Shown here: positions 11,951-21,215 of the stretch, piece by piece
Layout: each line of letters opens with the position of its first letter
Position numbering within the stretch: position 1 is the stretch's first letter
Assembly: GCA_052327205.1 (NCBI GenBank)
Contig: CM126208.1
Span: 254,944,001-255,008,000, forward strand
DNA from: Somniosus microcephalus
Lineage: Eukaryota
Direction of reading: 5' to 3'
Length of the DNA: 64,000 bases
The notes under the pieces: model-generated
What the model saw: the letters and a program-made list of their open reading frames with translations, nothing else
Databases searched by the model: none
What the model was told of the DNA's origin: nothing
Made by a program: the position numbers and the translations under genes

Positions 11951-14900
11951 TTAGGAGGAGTGGACGAGTCGTGACGGTGGTCTAATGGTTCTGCCGCAGC
12001 GGCTCTGAGTGGTCGCCGGTCTAGTTGGTTGGGTCGGGCGGTTCGCCGCCGGCTGTGCTGGCTTGCCGGGGGGACGGCCTCTAGTTGGAGGCTGGGCCAC
12101 GGGGACCTGTTCCCCTGGTTCTGTGTGTGCTGGTTTCAGCCGGTCGATGGAGACTGTGTCGACCCTGTCGCCGAGTCGCAGCTTGAAGACCTTGTCCCCG
12201 GTTTGTAGTACCTCGTACGGTCCGTCGTACGGGGGTCGCAGGGGCCCGCGGTGCGCGTCGTGTCGCACGAAGACGAAGCGCGCCTGCTGTAAATTTGGCG
12301 GGACGTGAGGTGCGAGTTCGCCGTGTCGGTTGACCGGAAGTGGGGCGAACTGCTGAGCGGAAGAGAAAGAGTTGAGCCGCTGCTGTTCGGCCGACCAAGG
12401 CTTGTTAGGCTCCGGGAGGAATTCGCCTGGGACGCGCAGCGGTTGTCCGTAGATTAACTCCGCTGCCGAGGACTGGAGGTCTTCCTTGACCGCGGTGTGT
12501 AGGCCGAGTAGCACCCACGGTAGGCGGTCAGTCCAGGTACTGTCCTGCAGGCCGGCGCGGAGTGAGGCCTTGAGTGACCTGTGGAAGCGTTCACAAAGCC
12601 CGTTGGCCTGCGGGTGGTACGCCGTGGTGCGGTGGAGCGTCACCCCGAGGTTGCGTGCTGTGGCCGTCCAGAGTTCGGAGGTGAACTGGGCGCCTCTGTC
12701 GGAGGTTATGTCGGCCGGTACGCCGAACCTCGCAACCCAGGTGTTAACGAATGCCCTGGCGATGTCGGCTGTGGTGGTGGAGGTCAGCGGCACTGCCTCA
12801 GGCCAGCGTGTGTAGCGGTCGACCATCGTGAGGAGATAAGTTTGGCCTTGCGATGGCGGCAGGGGACCGACGATGTCGACGTGTACGTGGTCGAAGCGGC
12901 GGCTGGGTACCTCGAAGTCTCCCAGGGGTGCTTTGGTGTGCAGCTGTACCTTAGCCCGTTGGCAGGCGAGGCAGGAGGTGGCCCAAGTCCGAACATCTCT
13001 GCTGAGGCCGCGCCAGACGAAGCGCTTGGAGAGGAGTTTGACCGATGCGCGGGAACCCGGGTGAGAGAGCCCGTGGAGCGCGTCGAAAACGCGGCGGCGC
13101 CAGGTCTCAGGGACGACCGGCCTGGGTTGGCCGAGTGAGACGTCGCAAGTGACTGCCGTGGCTTCGGGCCCGTGCGCGACCTTGGCTAGGCGTAGCCCTG
13201 GCAGGCTGGTAGCCGCCGAGAGGAGGTCTGGGTCTGTGAGCTGGGCCGCTGCTAGTTGTGCGTAGTCGACCGCGAGGTGATTCGCACAGACGGCGGGACG
13301 GGAAAGGCAGTCGGCGACCACGTTGTCTCTACCGGAGACGTGCTGGATGTCCGTAGTAAACTCAGACACGGCCGCGAGCTGGCGTTGCTGCCTAGCGGAC
13401 CAGGGTTCGGTGTGCTTGGCCATCGCGTACGTGAGTGGCTTGTGGTCCACATACGCGGTGAAGTGGCGGCCTTCCAAGAGGATCCTGAAATGGCGGACCG
13501 ACAGGTGGAGCGCGAGAAGCTCGCGGTCGAAAGTGGAGTATTTGACCTCCGGGTGGCGCAGTTGGCGGCTGTAGAAGGCAAGTGGCTGCCACGCGCCATT
13601 GACCCACTGCTCGAACACGGCCCCGACCGCGTGGTCGGAGGCGTCGGTGGTGAGCGCGACCCGGGCATCGGCCTTCGGGTGCGCGAGCAGAGTGGCGTCG
13701 GCGAGCGCGTTTTTGGTGGCGTCGAAGGCGGCTGCCGTGTCAGTGGTCCAGGCTACGTCCATCTTGCCGGATTTTCCTCGGAGGGAGTCGTATAGGGGCT
13801 TCATGAGGGCTGCAGCTCTGGGGATGAACCTGTTGTAGAAGTTCACCATCCCGAGGAACTCTTGGAGGCCCTTGATGGTTGTGGGGCGGGGAAATTGCTG
13901 GACGGCCTGCACCTTGTTGGGCAGGGGGACGGCCCCAGCAGGGGTGATGTGGTGACTGAGAAAATCGATCTCGGTGAGGCCGAATTGGCACTTCGCCGGG
14001 CTGAGGATGAGCCCGTGTTGGGCTAGGCGCCCGAACAGGATGCGAAGGTGTTCGAGGTGTTCCTGTTTGGAGGAGCTGGCCACGAGAATGTCGTCTAGAT
14101 AGACGAATAGGAAGTTCAGGTCCCGGAGGACTGAGTCCATAAGGCGCTGGAAAGCCTGTGCTGCATTCTTGAGGCCGAAGAGCATCCTCAGGAACTCGAA
14201 CAGGCCGAATGGGGTGATGACGGCCGTTTTGGGGATGTCCGCGGGGTGTACGGGGACTTGGTGGTAACCGCGCACCACGTCGACTTTGGAAAAGACGGTT
14301 CGTCCGGCCAGTCGGGCCGAGAAGTCCTGGATGTGTGGCACCGGGTATCGATCGGGGGTGGTGGCGTCGTTGAGGCGGCGGTAGTCCCCGCAAGGGCGCC
14401 AGCCTCCGCCGGGCTTGGGGGCGATGTGGAGGGGCGAGGCCCAAGGGCTGCTGGAGCGGCGGATGATGCCGAGTTGTTCCATGGTGGCGAACTCGGCCCG
14501 CGCGATTTCCAGCTTGGCCGGGTTGAGTCTGCGGGCGTGGGCAGAAACTGGGGGGCCGGTGGTGGGGATATAGTGTTCCACACCGTGCTTTGCGGCTTTG
14601 GCCGAAAAGGTCGGGTTAGTGAGGGCGGGAAACTCAGCTAGGAGTGCCGAGTAGTCGTCCGTGGCGTTGGCGAGGCAGTAGGTTGTCAGGCCGGCCGAAC
14701 GGGCCGGGGTAAAGGCGCTGGGGATGGGGGCCATAGTGTTGATGTCGACGAGGCGGTGCCTCGGAATGTCGACGAGGAGGCCGTGGGCGCGTAGGAAGTC
14801 GGCGCCGATGAGTGGGCAGAGGACCTTGGCTGTGAGGAACTCCCAGCGGTAGCGGCGGCCCGCGAGGTCGATCGTGACCATGCGGGTGCCATATGTGCGG

Positions 14901-15727
14901 GTGGCAGAGCCATTGGCTGCAGCCAGTGTGATACCCCGTGTGCCGCGTTGGATCTCGAGGGCGGAGGCGGGGGTGATGCTGTGCTGGGCCCCTGTGTCGC
15001 ACAGGAATCGGCGGTTGGTTCTGTCGTCAGTGACGTACAGTAGGGGCTCCTTCTGCCCCGCGGCCATCGCGGGGGCCGGTGCGGGGGGGGTTTTGAAGGT
15101 ACACAGCGGCGTGCAGCGTTGAGCCCTAGCGCCAAAACGGGTGTGGTAGTAGCAGTGACCCGGAGTGGTAGGGCGGTCGGGCCTAACGGGCCGGGAAGGC
15201 CGCGTGGTCGTTGCCGTGAGGTCGGGCGCGACGTCGCGAGCGGCCTGTGCAGAGAGCAGCCGGTCGGCCTTTTCGGCTATATCATTCAGGTCCGTGGAGC
15301 CAGACTCCACAATGAGCGGGCAGATGCTGGCGGGGAGCTGCCGAATGAAAAGCGTGCGAAAAAGGGCGCCGGGATTTTTGTCGTCTGAGAGGGACAGCAT
15401 GTGGGAGAGCAGGTCTGATGGTGAAGTGTCACCAAGGCCGGGGAGGTCCAGGAGTTGGCAGTGGCGCTGGTAAGAGGACGTTTGAAATTTTTTAAGTAGC
15501 GCAGCCTTCAGATGTTCGTACTTGCCATCCGTTGGTGGATCCTGCAGCGCTGCCCAAACCTTGGGGACTGTAGCGTAGGTGAGCGAGGCGACGAGGTAGT
15601 CGTACTTCGTGGCGTCGACTGTAATGCCTTTCAGCCGGAATCTGGACTCAGCTTGAACGAACCAGGCTTCGGCGAGGTTCTCCCAAAAGTCTGGTAATTT
15701 AACCGTGACTGCGTTTGTATCCGCCAT
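11951..15727 (-). CDS. Gag-Pol polyprotein, 1258 aa (Gag with CHCC, aspartic protease, RT, RNase H, integrase with GPY/F)
   Basis: CYYHTRFGARAQRCTPLC (C-X2-H-X9-C-X3-C); DTGA; YLDD; TDASD; H..H..CLAC zinc finger; DIVGP/SDRG/ERFH D,D35E; GPY; strong Kozak context agcATGG. Confidence 0.96.
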   Translation of the reverse strand: MADTNAVTVKLPDFWENLAEAWFVQAESRFRLKGITVDATKYDYLVASLTYATVPKVWAALQDPPTDGKYEHLKAALLKKFQTSSYQRHCQLLDLPGLGDTSPSDLLSHMLSLSDDKNPGALFRTLFIRQLPASICPLIVESGSTDLNDIAEKADRLLSAQAARDVAPDLTATTTRPSRPVRPDRPTTPGHCYYHTRFGARAQRCTPLCTFKTPPAPAPAMAAGQKEPLLYVTDDRTNRRFLCDTGAQHSITPASALEIQRGTRGITLAAANGSATRTYGTRMVTIDLAGRRYRWEFLTAKVLCPLIGADFLRAHGLLVDIPRHRLVDINTMAPIPSAFTPARSAGLTTYCLANATDDYSALLAEFPALTNPTFSAKAAKHGVEHYIPTTGPPVSAHARRLNPAKLEIARAEFATMEQLGIIRRSSSPWASPLHIAPKPGGGWRPCGDYRRLNDATTPDRYPVPHIQDFSARLAGRTVFSKVDVVRGYHQVPVHPADIPKTAVITPFGLFEFLRMLFGLKNAAQAFQRLMDSVLRDLNFLFVYLDDILVASSSKQEHLEHLRILFGRLAQHGLILSPAKCQFGLTEIDFLSHHITPAGAVPLPNKVQAVQQFPRPTTIKGLQEFLGMVNFYNRFIPRAAALMKPLYDSLRGKSGKMDVAWTTDTAAAFDATKNALADATLLAHPKADARVALTTDASDHAVGAVFEQWVNGAWQPLAFYSRQLRHPEVKYSTFDRELLALHLSVRHFRILLEGRHFTAYVDHKPLTYAMAKHTEPWSARQQRQLAAVSEFTTDIQHVSGRDNVVADCLSRPAVCANHLAVDYAQLAAAQLTDPDLLSAATSLPGLRLAKVAHGPEATAVTCDVSLGQPRPVVPETWRRRVFDALHGLSHPGSRASVKLLSKRFVWRGLSRDVRTWATSCLACQRAKVQLHTKAPLGDFEVPSRRFDHVHVDIVGPLPPSQGQTYLLTMVDRYTRWPEAVPLTSTTTADIARAFVNTWVARFGVPADITSDRGAQFTSELWTATARNLGVTLHRTTAYHPQANGLCERFHRSLKASLRAGLQDSTWTDRLPWVLLGLHTAVKEDLQSSAAELIYGQPLRVPGEFLPEPNKPWSAEQQRLNSFSSAQQFAPLPVNRHGELAPHVPPNLQQARFVFVRHDAHRGPLRPPYDGPYEVLQTGDKVFKLRLGDRVDTVSIDRLKPAHTEPGEQVPVAQPPTRGRPPGKPAQPAANRPTQPTRPATTQSRCGRTIRPPSRLVHSS

Positions 15728-15750
15728 GCTAGCTTAGGATTCGTCCTGAG

Positions 15751-15764
15751 CGTCGGGGTCACCA
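15751..15764 (-). promoter_or_regulatory. Primer-binding site complementary to the tRNA-Trp 3' end
   Basis: TGGTGACCCCGACG, 1 nt after the 5' LTR; matches 14 nt of the tRNA-Trp PBS TGGTGACCCCGACGTGAT. Confidence 0.9.
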
Positions 15765-15765
15765 G

Positions 15766-16023
15766 TGTTGAGATACCGCGGCAAACGTGGGAGTCGAGAC
15801 CAGAGCTATTGAAAACACAACTGTTTTATTCTAACCACATGGCAAACAGGAACTAGAAAAGCCCGCGCATCCACTTAAATACTTCCCAGGCAGGAAGTGC
15901 TCCCGGCAGCCTGTCCCTGCGGGAAACAAGTTGCTGGAGGAAAGGGCCCCCGGCTGGGGGCTTCTGCTTAGACTGTCCGTGCCGCCGTGAGCGGATTATG
16001 TCCAGTGGTGGCGTGTCGCCACA
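15766..16023 (-). repeat. 5' LTR (258 bp)
   Basis: TGTGGCG...TCTCAACA on the minus strand; TATTTAA TATA-like box; AATAAA at 15825-15830. Confidence 0.97.
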
Positions 16024-16046
16024 GCTAGGCCATTCAGGGGTGATGT

Positions 16047-16303
16047 TGTGGCGACACGCCACCACTGGACATAATCCGCTCACGGCGGCACGGACAGTTT
16101 AAGCAGACGCCCCCAGCCGGGGGCCCTTTCCTCCAGCAACTTGTTTCCCGCAGGGACAGGCTGCCGGGAGCACTTCCTGCCTGGGGAGTATTTAAGTGGA
16201 TGCGCGGGCTTTTCCAGTTTCTCTTTGCCCTGAGGTAGAATAAAAGCAGTTGTGTTTTACTAGCTCTGGTCTCGACTCCCACGTTTGCCGCGGTATCTCA
16301 ACA
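16047..16303 (+). mobile_element. Solo LTR of the same family in inverted orientation (257 bp)
   Basis: About 95% identical (roughly 12 differences by eye) to the 5' LTR; own TSD atgt (16043-16046, 16304-16307). Confidence 0.95.
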
Positions 16304-16920
16304 ATGTCAGGAAGCACTCCCTCACACAAAGGGTAGTGGAAATCTGGAACTCTCTTCCCCAAAATGCTGTTGAATTGAAAATGTCAAAACTGAGATTGAT
16401 AGATTTTTTGTTAAGCAAGGGTATTAAGTGTTATGGAACCACGGCGAGTAGATGGAGTTAAGATACAGATCAGCCACGATCTAACTGAATGGTGGAACAA
16501 GCTTGAGAGGCTGAATAGCCTACGCCTGTTCCATTGTTCTTCTGACTTTCCAGCATCATCATGCTCAGTCACGGTTCAGTGATATAATTCATGTTCTGAT
16601 TTGTTCAGAACATAAGAATATATTGTACAAGAAAAGGCCATTCAGCCTATCAAGCCCACTCTTTAACATGAATGATATCACTGAACCGGTAGTGAGCACG
16701 ATGATGCTGGTGAGTCATAAGATCAATACAAGATTGATTCCTTCTCCAAGAAAAGTTGCTCAATATTTTTCTTTGTAATTAAAGGAAAGCTTCTTAGAAA
16801 TAAGCAGGAAATCAGTGACCTACAACTCATTTACTGACAAAATTATTTACAAAACAGGAAGTTCAATATTTCAAAGGAATCCCCAATGAACTGTTCAAGA
16901 CAGGAGGCACTGAAGTTATT

Positions 16921-17656
16921 GGCCTGGATTTTGCAGTAAAAGTAACGGAGAGGCCATCAGCGCTCACCGTTATTAAAGTGTAAATCGGACAGCAACTTCC
17001 AGCGACCGCACATCAGCAGCTAAACACAGAAATCAAGGCATTGCTGTCCGAGTTGCCCTGCTCCCCCAGTAGCTTTGCTACCCCGGTATCTCGCCCAGAG
17101 ACTCGCCATTGAAACACATGGAAGGGCGTGAAGTTGCTCTACTTGCGTTATAGATACACACTAAACTCGCAGAAAAAGCTGTCCATTCCAGTATAAGAAA
17201 CTTTTTAACGGCATGATAAGTCTTAATTACTGCCAAACAATCTCTCAGGCACTGAAACTTAACTTTTACAAGTGTGGAGTCTCATTCCTTCCGGTTTTAA
17301 TTATTGTTTGAGATTTTTAAAAATGTTAATACATTTTTTTAAAATTCTGTCTCTTTTATCTCTCTTAATCCCATCTTTCTTTCGCTTTCTGTACATGATT
17401 TGGCATTGAATTAACTATTCAAACTGACACTTCCTGGTTCAGACTGCATGCCTCCGTCAGGATTCTGCAATCTGACTGGTTAAGGAGATGCACCGTTGCT
17501 TGCCTTGTTCACTCAGGTCCCAGATCCCCTGTAGAGGGCACTGCGCCAAAATGGCTTTCTAATTATAGTAAGTTCCAGTGCAAAAGCCTGCAGAAAGTCT
17601 GCAGGCAAGTGTAAGTGTAATGAATGACATTCACTGTTGACCACAAAATCTGGGCC
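16921..17656. mobile_element. Harbinger-like MITE family B copy 1
   Basis: TIR ggcctggattttg...caaaatctgggcc; TSD att/att; homologous to 29094-29843. Confidence 0.8.
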
Positions 17657-17894
17657 ATTATGTTTTATACTAATGGTGGACAGAATCATTTTCAACCACG
17701 TATCATTACTCTGAACTTCAGTACTTCATTGGTTGCAAAGCGCTTTGGGGCGGCCTGAAGTCATGAAAGGCACTATATAAATGTAAGTCTTTCTTTTTAT
17801 GAAAGTCTACCACCTTTCAATGCCATTGCTGTAAAGCTAGCTACATGTTTAACACTGGTTGGCAGTGAAAATCATAAATCTCTACCTTTCATAC

Positions 17895-19029
17895 CTGGCA
17901 AAGGATGATGATGATGACACAGATTTCGGTTTAGCCCATGGATATGGATGCTGAGGTACTGATAAATACTGTTCACAGAAACTTTCTTTTTTGACAGGGA
18001 GGCGAGACCCAGAAAATTCTTCTTGCAATGGATCTCCAGATGGTGAATAGGCTCTTTGATCACTATTACCTGGTTCAGGCTTGAGAGACATGGAAGGGGT
18101 TTGGTCCTGTATAGTTCTTCTTGGGGACTTGACAGGAATACTGTCATTGATATCCATACAAGTATCAGTGGTGAGTGCTGTAATGGCTGCAAGAATAGCA
18201 GAATTGTACTGGTTTCCACTCCCCAACCATGTTTCCTCAGTCACGCTTACCCGAGGAGAGGCCTGCGGTGATGGGGTTCGAGAATGATGCGGTGAATAGG
18301 ATGGTTGGCGGTAGTACCCACCATTGAATGAATGCCTTCTTTTGCCACATGGAGACTGTGGCCTCGATGAAGGTCTTGAGGTTGGTCGTGGGCTCAGCCA
18401 GTTCTCCTCTGTGATACTTGTTCTAGGTGAAGTGCCCGGGGAATGCCTCGGTGAATTCCATAGGGTGCATGCAGCTTGCCCACGAGGGAATCCTTCCTCA
18501 TGGGCAGTGCCTTTTGGGGAGACACATGGTGACTGCCAAGGAGAGGTCAATGGAGAGGTATCATAAGGATAGGAATAACTTGATTCAGACGCTTCTGAAT
18601 GGCAACTTCGAGAAGAAAGACTGCTTGCTGGGCTTAAGCATGAGGGATCTCTGTAGGCATCTGCATTTGGTAGAGACAGGGTAACTACTGAATTGGAGCG
18701 CTTACAACTAGAACCATTCTCAACTCCATCTATCTCAGTTTCACCAGCAAACTGATTATGGCCAAGGTGTATTCCAGGATAGGGAGTAATTTCTATCCTT
18801 GGACTCTCAAGGGTTGGAGCACCATTTGGTCTTACATTAGGAGCCAAGAAGTAGCTTGAAGCTCCAGTGTCAATATTCCCCCCATATCCCATCATTTGAT
18901 TTGTTGATGGTAGTACAGGAGCCACTGGACTTGAAGACTGCAGGCCATGGCAGGATATTGGTATGGAAGGATTTACCACACCTGTTGATGGAGTGATTGT
19001 AACATGTGGTGAACCAAAATTGTAGATTT
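17895..19029 (-). CDS. NFATC1: NFATC1 large regulatory-domain (NHR) exon, 1135 nt, phase 1 to phase 2
   Basis: PRIEIT calcineurin docking motif, SRR1 (SPASSLSSRSCHSEAS), SP repeats, NLS-like KRR, LKPE SUMO consensus, YLSVP (LxVP); acceptor ttctttttccacag|AA ATC TAC; donor AG|gtatga. Confidence 0.97.
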
Positions 19030-19109
19030 CTGTGGAAAAAGAATGATAAAAATTCCATTAAGTATTTTCATTTGAAAGAAACTTTCATAAATATAAATAC
19101 AAGATATTT

Positions 19110-19390
19110 ATAGAAATATAAGACAGTCACTAATAAATCCAATAAGGAATTCAGGAAAAACTTCTTTACCCAGAGAGTGGTGAGAATGTGGAACTCTCTA
19201 CCACAAGGAGTATTTGAGGTGAATAGCACAGATGCATTTAAGGGGAAGCTAGATAAGCACATGAGGGAGAAAGGAATAGAAGGATCTGCTGATAGGGTGA
19301 GATGAAGTAGGGTGGGAGGAGGCTCATGTGGAGCATAAAAATAGGCTTTGTTGGGCTGAATGGCCTGTTTCTGTGCTGTAAATTCTATGT
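19110..19390 (+). mobile_element. CR1 3' end fragment
   Basis: ttctttacccagagagtggtgagaatgtggaactc...gggctgaatggcctgtttctgtgctgta. Confidence 0.8.
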
Positions 19391-19398
19391 AAAACTGT

Positions 19399-20253
19399 GG
19401 CCGGAATTTTGCCAGCACTCAGGGGGCGGGTTTGGAGGCGGGACATCTGGCAAAATCTCAAAGATTGACAGCGGGTCGGAAACCCGCTGTCATCCCGCCT
19501 CCAATCAATCTTCCCAGGTGTCGGGTCCCCAATTTGCGCATGGACCCAACACCTAGTAGCGGGAAGAGGATTATAGGCACTTAACTGCTTGTTAACAGGT
19601 TGCTAACAGGCAGTTAAGAGGCTTTTTGTAATTTTGACAGGTCTACTACAGGCTTCCCGACATCCGGTCACCACTCCAGGCGTGCTGTGGATCTACTGTA
19701 ATGTTTCTTCATTGATGACAGCTGCAGAAGTGGTGTGAAGGATCCAATTGTACACTGGTGAGAAAATGTTGGGAAAATCATTTTTAATGTATTTAGACCT
19801 TTCTGTAGGTAACAAGTTTTGAAGTGTTTGTGTAGTCTCATCTCATTGGGAGAACCTCTCTCACCAGTGACAGTTTGCTTCTGTAACTTCACCTGCAGTT
19901 GCCATCTGTTCTAGCCTAAAGAGGGAGTCACTGGAGAGCCTGGGTGAAAGGGCTCACCTTTGTACAGTGATTGTCATTGTTTGCCACACCTCAATGCTGT
20001 CAAACACTGAAAAATCACCTGTCAAAAAAAATTGAGTGTGGCCCCTTTAAGAAAACCGACAGATGATGTGTCATCAACTGACGTCACCTGACACCGGCTT
20101 TCTCCTAATTGGCTGGAAAGCTCGCAGGGCGGGCTTAAAAAGGCCAATTGACGCAAAATAACATCTGTGCGTCGGACGTCGTTGGGGGCGGGATCAGAAC
20201 CCGGAAGGAAGCTGTCCCGCCCCTAGGCCGCACCGAAAGCTAAAATCCAGCCC
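19399..20253. mobile_element. Harbinger-like non-autonomous element
   Basis: TIR ggccggaatttt...aaaatccagccc; TSD tgt/tgt. Confidence 0.7.
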
Positions 20254-20824
20254 TGTGATTCAGATTTCCTTTAACTGAAGGACAGCATCAAAATCAAAAC
20301 TGAACTATTTTTCATACAACCAAGTTACATTTCACTAATTACGGTGAATATTTTCTTTAATCCAAGTAGGAACCATGCTTGTCTGGTACTAATATAATAA
20401 AACAATAGACGAATTATCAGTTAAAACACCAATTAAACATTGATATATAAATTGCCAATTGATCAGAAAGCCTAAACCTTATTTATGGATTGGTTAAAGG
20501 AAATTAAAGTTGGATATTAAAATGTGGACCTCACTTGTATGTAAAGTATGCTGTCAAGCATTAGATATAAATTTTGGTCATGTCTATTTGCAACACCAAT
20601 TTTCTGATTGGTCCCCTTGGAGGACAAGACACACTCAACAGTTTGTCTGAAAGGTGTAATTTGATCCTGCCTGCTGGAGTAATCAAGATCTTTGCAATGT
20701 GTAATTTGATCGGTTCATTGTGACAACCAGGCTCCAGAGCTCACAGTGCTAACACTACTGCTTTCAGAGAACAAACCAGGCTCACCCTCCTGGGTTAGGA
20801 GCACTCACAGCGCTCACACTGCCG

Positions 20825-21215
20825 AGTTCAGATAGGAAGGGGTGAGGCCATGGAGAGCTTTTAACATGAGGATGAGAATTTTTAAATCAAGGTGTTGGTG
20901 GACAATGTTTCCCCTAATTTTTTGGGGGGAACGGGGTCCCTTTAACGGGCTGCACAGCCCATTCAAAATTTTGCGCATGCGCAAAATATTCCATTCAAAA
21001 GCCAGCAAGCAGCCTGTGCGAGACCTCCAGACATAGCGGGACGTTGTTGGTGGATCATAAGCCAATGTAGGTCAACGAGCACAGGGGTGATGGGTGAATG
21101 GGACTTGCTGCATGTTAGGATATGTGGATCAGAGTATTGGATGAGCTCAAGTTCATTGAGGGTGGAGGAAGGGAGGCTGGCCAGGAGAATGTTGGAATAG
21201 TTGAGTCTGGCAAAT
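20825..21215 (-). mobile_element. L2-type LINE fragment
   Basis: RLNYSNILLASLPSSTLNELELIQ..HSPITPVLVDLHWL and LKILILMLKALHGLTPSYL. Confidence 0.8.
20903..21046. mobile_element. 144-bp hAT-like MITE nested in L2
   Basis: Perfect 8-bp TSD ttggtgga on both sides; imperfect TIR caatgtttccc...gggacgttg. Confidence 0.8.

Larger units (their letters stand above)
11673..16023 (-). mobile_element. Full-length Ty3/gypsy LTR retrotransposon, CsRn1/Kabuki-like clade (4351 bp)
   Basis: Two 258-bp TG...CA LTRs differing at 3 positions; 4-bp TSD gcta (11669-11672, 16024-16027); tRNA-Trp PBS; PPT; gag-PR-RT-RH-IN domain order. Confidence 0.97.
11645..16540 (+). mobile_element. Host CR1 3' fragment interrupted by two LTR insertions
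   Basis: Removing both insertions and one copy of each TSD restores ggggcataaccttaaaatgagagctaggccattcaggggtgatgtcaggaagcac...acacaaagggtagtggaaatctggaactc (GHNLKMRARPFRGDVRKH..TQRVVEIWNSLP). Confidence 0.9.

Noticed and set aside
12009-15697. Many overlapping and antisense ORFs within the retrotransposon
   Set aside because: Expected shadow ORFs in very GC-rich coding DNA; no recognisable domains and no env-like ORF
15766-16303. Inverted LTR as an assembly fold-back artefact, or as a DIRS-like inverted terminal repeat
   Set aside because: The solo LTR has its own TSD and about 12 differences, the host CR1 reads continuously through the spacer, and the element encodes a DDE integrase rather than a tyrosine recombinase
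17882-18979. ORF-track boundaries as a stand-alone 365-aa gene, or NFATC2 identity
   Set aside because: Splice signals define an internal exon at 17895-19029; MKSAEE, FDFxFLFEFNQRD and YRDPSCLSPASS match NFATC1
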